A DNA stretch of 64,000 bases from an uncultured delta proteobacterium (lineage in GTDB: Bacteria > Desulfobacterota > BSN033 > UBA1163): the NCBI GenBank assembly GCA_963708295.1, contig CAVPSJ010000019.1, positions 32,001 through 96,000 of the forward strand, given 5' to 3'. The notes beneath the pieces are model-generated. The model was not told the origin of the DNA, ran no database searches, and was given only the letters and a program-made list of their open reading frames with translations. This document shows positions 1 to 7,205 of the stretch, piece by piece. Every line of letters begins with the position of its first letter. Position 1 is the stretch's first letter. The position numbers and the translations under genes are program-made.

Positions 1-6
1 AAACAA

Positions 7-339
7 ATGAAAAAGCAAATGTTAAAGATGAGTTTGTGTCTTTTGGTTTTGGTAATCTTTATCAGCATGGGTTTTGCCCAACAAAGATCCGTCACCGGCG
101 AGCCCGTGACGGTGACGGGCAAGATCAACTATATGGATCGAACAGGCAGCTACTATCTCCAAAGTGAGAAGCCTCATGCAGTGCTGATCATTGTGAACCA
201 GGATCCGAAAATACTGGAAGCGTTGAAGGTAAGCGGAAAGACGGTAACCGTTGAAGGGAAATTGACCGGCGGGGCGGACCTTCTTTTCGTTGAGAAGATC
301 GACGGCAAACCCTATATTGGATTGCACGTGATCAGATGA
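7..339 (+). CDS. Small exported hypothetical protein (possible OB-fold)
   Basis: 110-aa ORF with a Sec-type signal peptide (MKK, hydrophobic stretch, GFA) and beta-strand-like VTVTG/VTVEG repeats. Confidence 0.7.
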   Translation: MKKQMLKMSLCLLVLVIFISMGFAQQRSVTGEPVTVTGKINYMDRTGSYYLQSEKPHAVLIIVNQDPKILEALKVSGKTVTVEGKLTGGADLLFVEKIDGKPYIGLHVIR

Positions 340-383
340 CGGGCAGGAAGATCTTTCAACCCATCCGGGAAGGATGGAGAAGA

Positions 384-752
384 TCAGACGTAGCCTTTTT
401 GGATGGCGTAGTTGACGAGGTCGGCAGTCATTTTAACATTCAATTTTTTCATGATATTGGCACGGTGATGTTCTACGGTGCGTGCACTGATAAAGAGAAG
501 ATCGCCGATCTCCTCCCCGATTTTCCTTCTGCAATCCGCTTTAGGATTTCTCTTTCGCGGATGGTCAGCCTTTCGTACAAAAAAGAGGTCTCCTGATCCC
601 CCTTGCCTGTCCTGACCCAATTGTCCATTAACCCTCGGAGAGGTTAGGGGATATGTAAATCTTTCCCTGCCGGACTCTATCGATCGCTGAAAAAAGTTCG
701 GAAGCTGGGTCTTCTTTGAAAAGGTACCCTCCAGCACCGGCAGTGATGGCCG
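384..752 (-). pseudogene. 5'-truncated, frameshifted NarL/FixJ-family response regulator
   Basis: Minus-strand translation across frames gives AITAGAGGYLFKEDPASELFSAIDRVRQGKIYISP (receiver C-terminus), LTIREREILKRIAEGKS, then EIGDLLFISARTVEHHRANIMKKL (LuxR HTH). Frameshifts near 630 and 518; N-terminal receiver half absent. Confidence 0.8.
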
Positions 753-757
753 GAGGG

Positions 758-784
758 GCCGCAGATGGGTGTTTTCCAGCAGCC
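758..784. mobile_element. Isolated MITE end (family of 5659-5852 and 22874-22896)
   Basis: gcagatgggtgttttccagcagcc nearly identical to cagatgggtgtttttcagcagcc at 22874-22896. Confidence 0.6.
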
Positions 785-871
785 CGTTCATTATTCTCTT
801 GAAAGTTTGAGGGGACCTATGGTTAGATAAAAAAGTGCGGGAAACAGGCCTCGTGAGGATCGCGTCAGATC

Positions 872-1594
872 GTGGAAACGAAAAAAGATTTAAGGAACCT
901 TCAGGAAAGGGTCGTTCACTGCAGGAAGTGCCCTCGGCTGGTCGCCTACCTGAAAGAAGTTTCCAACCATAAGCCCAAAAGATACCGGGACTGGGATTAC
1001 TGGTCGAACCCCCTTCCCAGTTTCGGAGACCCGGACGCCCGGGTTCTAATCGTCGGATTGGCTCCTGCTGCACAAGGAGGGAATCGGACAGGCCGAATGT
1101 TCACGGGAGATCGAAGCGGGGAATGGCTATTTCGAGCACTTCATCAGTTCGGTTTTGCCAATCAACCTAATTCTCTTCGAAACGATGACGGCTTCAAATT
1201 GGACGATTGCTATATTACGGCAACGATTCGATGTGCCCCGCCCCAAAATAAGCCCCTGCCCCGGGAAATCGAAAACTGCAGGCCCTATTTTTTGGAAGAA
1301 ATCGACCTTTTAAAGAAGGTACAGGTCATCGTCCCGCTCGGTCAGATCGCTTTTGCACAGACATCGAGATCTCTAAGACGAAAGGGATACGATGTCCCGC
1401 CTCTTTCTTTCGGCCATGGGAAGAGTTACACAATCCGGCCGGGGGGTAGACTCCAAACTCCGAACTCCGAACTCCGAATTATTTCTTTGATCACCACCTA
1501 CCATCCCAGTCAGCAAAACACCCAGACCGGGAAACTGACCAGACCCATGTTTCACCGGGTTTTCAAAATGGTCCGAAAGAAGTTGAGAGATTGA
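872..1594 (+). CDS. Uracil-DNA glycosylase, family 5 (UdgB-like, Fe-S)
   Basis: CxxCPRL Fe-S motif, GLAPAAQGGNRTGRMFTGDRSG, RCAPPQNKP, YHPSQQNT. Confidence 0.92.
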   Translation: METKKDLRNLQERVVHCRKCPRLVAYLKEVSNHKPKRYRDWDYWSNPLPSFGDPDARVLIVGLAPAAQGGNRTGRMFTGDRSGEWLFRALHQFGFANQPNSLRNDDGFKLDDCYITATIRCAPPQNKPLPREIENCRPYFLEEIDLLKKVQVIVPLGQIAFAQTSRSLRRKGYDVPPLSFGHGKSYTIRPGGRLQTPNSELRIISLITTYHPSQQNTQTGKLTRPMFHRVFKMVRKKLRD

Positions 1595-1596
1595 AT

Positions 1597-1670
1597 GTTG
1601 AGAATTTTGAGTTATGAGTTTTGAGTTGTCACTTTTTCTCGCTATGCGCCATGCGCTTTGCGCTATGCCC
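1597..1670. repeat. Short degenerate heptamer tandem tracts
   Basis: (TTGAGTT)n-like tract at ~1598-1628 and (GCGCTAT)n-like tract at ~1640-1668. Confidence 0.6.
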
Positions 1671-1682
1671 GTGATTTAAATC

Positions 1683-1955
1683 ATGGTTATTCAAATTCCC
1701 ATCGAGGATTGGATCGATCTTCACACTTTTTCTCCCAAGGAGACTCCTTCTCTCTTGGAGGACTATCTCCTCGAATGTCAGAAGAAGGGCTTCAAGGAAG
1801 TACGAATTATCCACGGAAAGGGAAAGGGCGTGCAGATGAACATCGTCCATTCATTTCTCAAGAAAAGTCCCCTTGTTGAATCCTTTAAATTAGCTCCACC
1901 CGAAGCAGGCTCCTGGGGCGCCACAATCGTCTATTTGAAGAAACCTCAGAGATAA
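1683..1955 (+). CDS. Stand-alone Smr/MutS2 C-terminal domain protein
   Basis: IDLHTF...VRIIHGKGKG...GSWGATIV Smr motifs. Confidence 0.9.
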   Translation: MVIQIPIEDWIDLHTFSPKETPSLLEDYLLECQKKGFKEVRIIHGKGKGVQMNIVHSFLKKSPLVESFKLAPPEAGSWGATIVYLKKPQR

Positions 1956-2040
1956 GAAAGGTAAGTTCCCAGACCACAGGCCGGGGCTGGTATTCTGGCT
2001 GAATAGGACTTAAGAACATATTTTGAAAGGAGGTCAAGAG

Positions 2041-2487
2041 ATGAAGAAGATTTTGGTGTCATATTTCAGCAGAACAGGAAAAACCCAACAAATGGCCGAG
2101 TATATTGCCGAAGGAATACGAATTTCCGGAAACGAGGCAGAGATCAAGAAAATATCCGACATCAAGAATGAAAAAGAATTGGCGGGATACGATGGATACG
2201 CTTTCGGCGCACCGACTTATCACAGGACGATGCCCGGACCTGTTGAAACTTTCCTATTCTTGGCACAAAAAGCAAACCTCCGAGGAAAAGTCGGGGGCGC
2301 TTTCGGGTCCTATACGCACAGTGGTGACGCACCCAAGATGATCTTCGACACCATGGAGTTCGTGTTTAAAATGAAGGTGGTGGATTTGGGTTCGTTTAAT
2401 CTGTTGGAGCATCTGGTGGATACAAAAGAAGGTCTGAAATCCTGCCATGATTACGGGAAAGCCATCGGCGAGAAACTCAGCGCTTAG
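2041..2487 (+). CDS. Flavodoxin-domain protein
   Basis: YFSRTGKTQQMA FMN loop, GAPTYH, GAFGSY; RBS aaggagg before ATG 2041. Confidence 0.88.
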   Translation: MKKILVSYFSRTGKTQQMAEYIAEGIRISGNEAEIKKISDIKNEKELAGYDGYAFGAPTYHRTMPGPVETFLFLAQKANLRGKVGGAFGSYTHSGDAPKMIFDTMEFVFKMKVVDLGSFNLLEHLVDTKEGLKSCHDYGKAIGEKLSA

Positions 2488-2498
2488 CACAAGAGAAA

Positions 2499-2873
2499 AT
2501 GGTTAAATTCTGGTTTCTCTCAGCAGGCATCTTTGGTTTTTTAAGTGTGGCCCTTGGAGCTTTTGGAGCTCACTCGTTAAAGAATATCCTGGACGATTAC
2601 GGAAGGTCGATCTACGAAAAGGCGGTCCTTTACCAAATGTTTCATACGGTGGCTTTATTCGCAGTAGGGGTGATGCAGCATTTTGATAAAGAGGCATCCT
2701 TCTCCGGGGCAGGTTGGGGATTTGTTGTCGGGATCTTTCTCTTCTCCGGGAGTCTCTATCTCATGGCGGTCACAGGAATAAGATGGCTCGGAGCCTTCAC
2801 TCCCGTTGGCGGAGTGGCTTTTCTTTTTGGCTGGTTTTGGATGGTATGGACCCTTGCCAAAGGACGCTTTTGA
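2499..2873 (+). CDS. DUF423 (YgdD/TMEM256-like) membrane protein
   Basis: ALGAFGAH, YQMFH, LFSGSLY, TPVGG motifs. Confidence 0.9.
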   Translation: MVKFWFLSAGIFGFLSVALGAFGAHSLKNILDDYGRSIYEKAVLYQMFHTVALFAVGVMQHFDKEASFSGAGWGFVVGIFLFSGSLYLMAVTGIRWLGAFTPVGGVAFLFGWFWMVWTLAKGRF

Positions 2874-3028
2874 TTCCGGCCGACCATCGATCCAAAATAC
2901 CTACCCCTGTTATCATACGGTCGAGAGATCGAGAGTAGAGAGAGAAATGTCAAATGAAAAAGAATGGAAGAACGGGAGCAGCCGACGTTATCGGCCATAG
3001 CCCATTCTTCACAACGAAGGAGGTTAAC

Positions 3029-3232
3029 ATGACCACCCCTCGACACTGCCCAGGTTTCGAACAGTTCAAAGGCCTAAAATCTTTCGTCTGCAATTGCCCG
3101 AATTGCGGGAAAGACGTTGAGATCTTCTCCGATGAATTTGACAGAAAACATACCTGCAGGGGTTGTCATCAAGAGATCGACTTTACAAAATGTACCCTGA
3201 CGGGTGGAGCATCCGATACTTCACCCCGGTAA
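3029..3232 (+). CDS. Small Cys-rich (zinc-ribbon-like) protein
   Basis: RBS aaggagg then ATG 3029; HCPG...CPNCGKDVEIFSDE...CRGC. Confidence 0.75.
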   Translation: MTTPRHCPGFEQFKGLKSFVCNCPNCGKDVEIFSDEFDRKHTCRGCHQEIDFTKCTLTGGASDTSPR

Positions 3233-3240
3233 GAAAACAG

Positions 3241-3525
3241 GAAATCGAAATTCGAAGCACGAAATTCGAAACAAAGATGTTAAATCCTAAACTCGAAATC
3301 CCTGCCTTCGCCGAAGCGGCTTCGCGCAGGCAGGCTAAACTCTAAAGAAACTCAAATGTCCAAAACACAAAACTTAAATCGGTTCAATGGTTGAAAAGTC
3401 ACGAATGCTTTTTGAGTTTTTTATTTTGAATTTGTTTAGGGTTTAGAGTTTAGTGTTTAGAGTTTAGACAACTTTGAGTTGGTCCGAGACGGACGCTCCG
3501 CCCGAAATTCGGAATTCGGATTTTA
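3241..3525. repeat. Nested heptamer-based inverted-repeat element
   Basis: cgaaattcgaagcacgaaattcgaaac at left with complementary ttcggaattcggattt at right; inner ctaaact/agtttag IR; palindrome at 3301-3334; related copy at 43741-44080. Confidence 0.75.
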
Positions 3526-4002
3526 GATTTTGATGATCTCTCCTTCAATCTGCTCTCCGAGGCGCAGGATCCCAAGGCTGGGCCGGTGAATAAAGGAACG
3601 GGTGGGAGAACCGGGGTTGAAGAAGTAAACGTTTTTGCTCCGGTGATTCGCCGGGGCATGGCTGTGACCGTAAACAATCGCGTCCACTTCATCGAATTCC
3701 CCCCGGATACGTGACTCGATTCCAAAGGGAGGTCCCCCTCCATGAATGAGGGCGATCTTGAATCCCTTGATTTCAACGATCCTCTTCCGGGGGAATGCTT
3801 TCTGAATGTCCTGAGGATCCATATTTCCACAAACAGCGATCAATTCTTTCCGGCTCGAAAGATAGTCTACGATGCTCCAGTCCACGAAGTCTCCCGCGTG
3901 AAAAATCTTTTCCACGTCCCCGAAATGAGATTCGATCATCTTCTTGAAACCAGAGTTAGGTTCTCTCAAGTGGGTATCTGAAATCACGCCGATCTTCATC
4001 AT
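3523..4002 (-). CDS. YfcE/MJ0936-family metallophosphoesterase
   Basis: ISDTH, HAGD, GNMD, HG, GHSH, NPGS motifs. Confidence 0.92.
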   Translation of the reverse strand: MMKIGVISDTHLREPNSGFKKMIESHFGDVEKIFHAGDFVDWSIVDYLSSRKELIAVCGNMDPQDIQKAFPRKRIVEIKGFKIALIHGGGPPFGIESRIRGEFDEVDAIVYGHSHAPANHRSKNVYFFNPGSPTRSFIHRPSLGILRLGEQIEGEIIKI

Positions 4003-4018
4003 TTACCAACCGTAGTTT

Positions 4019-4373
4019 TTTTGTCATGCTGAATTTATTTCAACATCTCACTCAAGTCTTTCCACTCTGAATTGAATTCATTTATCAAATTTATTTTCCA
4101 GCTTCTGTGCCAATTTTTTAATTGTTTCTCCTTTTCGAGAGCACTTCCAACATCTGAGGTTGTCTCAAAATAAACCAATTTATTAAGGTTATATTTCTTT
4201 GTAAACCCATTTATCATTTTGTTCTTGTGCTCATACATTCTACGTTCAAGATCATTTGTTGCCCCTATGTAAAGAACCTTATCGGACTTGTTTGTGAGGA
4301 TGTAAACATAATACTGTTTCGTCATGGTTTATCTGTGATGCTGAGATCCTGAAATAAATTCAGGATGACAAAA
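4019..4373. mobile_element. GIY-YIG gene cassette bounded by inverted palindromic REP-like repeats
   Basis: 4022-4050 tgtcatgctgaatttatttcaacatctca and 4342-4370 tgagatcctgaaataaattcaggatgaca are inverted copies (3 mismatches in 29 nt), each self-palindromic. Confidence 0.75.
4035..4325 (-). CDS. Small GIY-YIG nuclease (YhbQ/UPF0213-like)
   Basis: YYVYIL...LYIGATNDLERRMYEHK...GFTKKY...EKQLKNW..WK; visibly AT-rich relative to neighbours. Confidence 0.9.
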   Translation of the reverse strand: MTKQYYVYILTNKSDKVLYIGATNDLERRMYEHKNKMINGFTKKYNLNKLVYFETTSDVGSALEKEKQLKNWHRSWKINLINEFNSEWKDLSEMLK

Positions 4374-4410
4374 CTTGATTCAGGGAAGGGTTCAGGGTAA
4401 CCAGAAAAAG

Positions 4411-5367
4411 TCACTTTGCCAATTCTACAACGGAATAATAGACTCCCATCGCTACCCTGCTCATGAATTCGAAGTTCAAGGTTTCTATCTTGTCCGATGG
4501 AAGATGGTAGTTCGGGTTTCTCAAAAAAGAGGTATCCGTCACCAAAAGCGCCGCAAATCCTTCATCCCAAAAGATGCTGTGGTCGCTCAGCCTTACTTCA
4601 TCCATTTTCTCCCCATTCCCGGGCACCACGAGAAATTCTAATGGAAGCTCGGGGATATTCGTTTTGAAAGAAAGGCAAACTCTCTCCAGCAACTTTTGCG
4701 ACCTTTTGTTTCCGACGATAGCGATAAAATCTCCGACCATGGGATAATACTTCGGATCAAGATAGGGGGGATAATCCTGTCTCGGGCCGGTAAATCCCAC
4801 CATCTCCAGTGAAATCATCCCGAGGATTTCCTCCTTTTTCTTCTTCAGGCCCTTCACGTAATGGGCGCTGCCGATATAGCCATATTCTTCGAGGGTGAAG
4901 GCGATCAATCGCACCGTCTTCTCCACGGAGACAGATTGAATATTTCTCCCTATCTCGAGAAGCACGGCGACGGCGCTGGCATTGTCATCCGCTCCCGGAG
5001 ACCCTGGAACCGTGTCGTAATGGGCTCCCACGATAAAAACCTTATCGGGAGAACTCCTCCCTTTCTTTTCCGCGACGATATTCTTATAGGATTTCCCTTC
5101 CCATTGAAAAGAGTCTTCTCTGACGTCCAGCCCCACCTTGAGAAATTCTCTTCTGATATATTGTGCTGCCTGCTCCAACCCGGGATAGCCCTCATACGGA
5201 TTCCGATCAAACAGCATGTTTTCCACATGCCTCCTCAAACTTTCAACGGAAACTATCGCGCTATTCACGTCAATCCTTTTGTCCCCGATGAGTCCGATCA
5301 ATAATAGAAACAAAGCGAGGAGAAGAGAGAGAGATCCGTTCATTTTCCGGTCTTGAGTCGTGTTCAT
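4411..5367 (-). CDS. M28-family Zn peptidase, exported (start may be 5343)
   Basis: GAHYDT, PGADDNASA, FTLEE, SLEMVG, SDH, YH motifs; N-terminal hydrophobic segment. Confidence 0.9.
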   Translation of the reverse strand: MNTTQDRKMNGSLSLLLALFLLLIGLIGDKRIDVNSAIVSVESLRRHVENMLFDRNPYEGYPGLEQAAQYIRREFLKVGLDVREDSFQWEGKSYKNIVAEKKGRSSPDKVFIVGAHYDTVPGSPGADDNASAVAVLLEIGRNIQSVSVEKTVRLIAFTLEEYGYIGSAHYVKGLKKKKEEILGMISLEMVGFTGPRQDYPPYLDPKYYPMVGDFIAIVGNKRSQKLLERVCLSFKTNIPELPLEFLVVPGNGEKMDEVRLSDHSIFWDEGFAALLVTDTSFLRNPNYHLPSDKIETLNFEFMSRVAMGVYYSVVELAK

Positions 5368-5658
5368 CGTATTTTAAAAGCGAATATTTGTCAATTCCGG
5401 CAACCTCCTGTTCATGGACCCAGCCGAAAAATACTGCCTTTTCATCGGTAAAATACATGCTTCCCCTTATTTCATCACCCACTGCGTTTTGATATCTTAA
5501 ACTTAAGAGGAGCAAATTTTTTTTCATCTCATCCCTCTCAGGCTGGGCCCCCCTCCCAGCCTCTTTTTTTGTCTAAGCAAGAATGGTTAGCCAGCCCCCT
5601 TCTCCCAAGATGTTGCGTCACAATATCATTAGGAGACTGCTGAAAAAGTTATCTTTCC

Positions 5659-5852
5659 CAGGTTGCTCAAAAAGGGCCAGATACAAGGCCCCCGAAATCC
5701 TGAGAGTGGCGTCGCGACGAATAAGGAGAGACATCTTGCCACGCCGACGAGTTGGTGAGTCGGCCGGAGGCGTACTTGGCTGTACGTTGCAATGACGAAG
5801 GATGAGGGAATCCCGCGAAGCGCGGGGCTGATGGCCATTTTTCAGCAACCTG
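5659..5852. mobile_element. MITE with 15-bp terminal inverted repeats and internal palindromic inserts
   Basis: caggttgctcaaaaa ... tttttcagcaacctg (1 mismatch); extra TIR-like copy at 5634-5647; no transposase. Confidence 0.7.
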
Positions 5853-5888
5853 TTAGACTTTCTTTTCCCTTTCGGAGCCTGTTTAAGC

Positions 5889-5894
5889 TATAAT
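5889..5894 (+). promoter_or_regulatory. -10 box (TATAAT) 6 nt before the ATG; probable leaderless transcript
   Basis: Perfect TATAAT followed by gcagaa and ATG 5901; no Shine-Dalgarno sequence. Confidence 0.55.
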
Positions 5895-5900
5895 GCAGAA

Positions 5901-6350
5901 ATGCCTATCGGCAGGAAGAAAAAGGCCATCGTTCATATCGCCAAACAAAATCTTCACTTGGACGAGGAAACTTATCGTCAAATTCTTAAGGGCGTGGCGG
6001 GGGTGGAGAGTTCAACCCAGCTGACGGAAGCAGGCTTCGAGAAGGTAATGAGAAGGTTTCAAGAAATGGGATTCAAAGGTCTCCTCCCTGACCCCTACCA
6101 GCCCGTTCCCAAAGGGCGACTCATTCCTCCTGAGAGCCCCCAGGGTCAGCAAACGCTTACTCCAAGTCAGGTCCGTTTCATCTCTTATCTCTTAGAAAAA
6201 TTGAACTGGGAGGAAGGACATTACCACGCCCTCTGCCGGCGAATCATTAAAAAACCGGATCCCTTGACCAAGCGGGACGGGCAAAAGATGATCATCGGTT
6301 TGATGGCCATTCTCAGGCAGGGGGAAATCCGAAAGAGGAGAAATCTATGA
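5901..6350 (+). CDS. Phage Mu GemA/gp16 (DUF1018)-family protein
   Basis: AIVHIAKQNLHLDEETYRQIL..VAGVESSTQLT..GFEKVMRRFQEMGF matches the DUF1018 pattern. Confidence 0.8.
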   Translation: MPIGRKKKAIVHIAKQNLHLDEETYRQILKGVAGVESSTQLTEAGFEKVMRRFQEMGFKGLLPDPYQPVPKGRLIPPESPQGQQTLTPSQVRFISYLLEKLNWEEGHYHALCRRIIKKPDPLTKRDGQKMIIGLMAILRQGEIRKRRNL

Positions 6351-7132
6351 AAAGGTACTTGATCATTGGCCTGGTCGTGGCCTTGTTCGTCTCTCTGGGA
6401 CTCATGGCAATCGGTAAAGAAACCCATTCGCCCTTTGTTGAAATGGAGGTGAAGGGAGTCAGACTGGATGCCGTCGTAAGCAGTCCGGTCGTCCTCCTGG
6501 CAGACAAAGAAGGAAAGAAGGCACTCCCCATCTGGATCGGCCTCGTTGAAGCCAATGCGATCGATAAAGAACTGAAAAACAGCACCTCCCCGAGGCCGAT
6601 GACCCATGACCTTCTTTATTCCATCCTTGCGCAAGCACACGTCAAAGTGAAACAGGTAAAAATCGTCGGCCTGAAAAACAATACCTATTACGCAACTCTC
6701 TTTCTCACCATCAACAAAGGGACCGTGGAGGTCGATGCTCGACCCAGCGATGCTATTGTCATCGCATTAAAGTCTAAAACGCCTATCTTCGTCTCTGCCA
6801 AGATTCTCGACGAGCAAGGAATCGCCCTCACCCAAAAGAGCGCCTCGATCGAGCGGTTTGGAATGCGCGTCCAGGAACTGACTCCTCCCCTGGCCTCCTA
6901 CTTCAACTTCAAGGGACAGAAGGGCGTCCTGGTCGCGGAGGTCCTCCCGGGCAGCGTCTCGGAATCTTCCGGGATCAGAGCCGGAGATATCCTACTCAAA
7001 GTCAATTCAAAGGAAGTGGGAAGTGTGGAAGAGCTTCAGGAGGGCTTTGACTCCGTTAAGGCGGGCGATCCGGTTCGAGTCGGGCTCTTCAGGGATGAAC
7101 AATCAATGGAAGTCAACCTGACGCTTAAATAG
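6347..7132 (+). CDS. Bifunctional nuclease (DUF151) with N-terminal signal/TM segment and C-terminal PDZ domain
   Basis: LPIWIG.EANAI, PRPMTHDL, YYA.L, VDARPSDAI (DUF151); FGMRVQEL..GVLVAEV.PGS..GIRAGDILL (PDZ); ATGA overlap with the upstream gene. Confidence 0.88.
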   Translation: MKRYLIIGLVVALFVSLGLMAIGKETHSPFVEMEVKGVRLDAVVSSPVVLLADKEGKKALPIWIGLVEANAIDKELKNSTSPRPMTHDLLYSILAQAHVKVKQVKIVGLKNNTYYATLFLTINKGTVEVDARPSDAIVIALKSKTPIFVSAKILDEQGIALTQKSASIERFGMRVQELTPPLASYFNFKGQKGVLVAEVLPGSVSESSGIRAGDILLKVNSKEVGSVEELQEGFDSVKAGDPVRVGLFRDEQSMEVNLTLK

Positions 7133-7205
7133 GGACACATCCCGTTTTTGCTCTTTGGGGGATTGCAAAGGTATGCGAAGAATAAAAAAATGGGATGTGT
7201 CCCTA
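7130..7205. repeat. Miniature inverted-repeat element TAGGGACACATCCC...GGGATGTGTCCCTA
   Basis: Terminal inverted repeats; related copies at 59554-59573 and 61078-61155. Confidence 0.8.

Noticed and set aside
384-1073. 229-aa minus-strand ORF as a real LuxR protein
   Set aside because: Only the last ~45 aa are LuxR-like; the rest is antisense to the UDG gene or out of frame with the true pseudogene.
5270-5527. 85-aa minus-strand ORF upstream of the M28 peptidase
   Set aside because: It overlaps the peptidase start and shows no recognisable family; possibly a gene remnant, not supportable as a CDS.
5583-5848. Short ORFs on both strands
   Set aside because: They are translations of the MITE.
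5901-7132. Prophage around the GemA-like gene
   Set aside because: No structural, transposase, integrase or other phage genes nearby.
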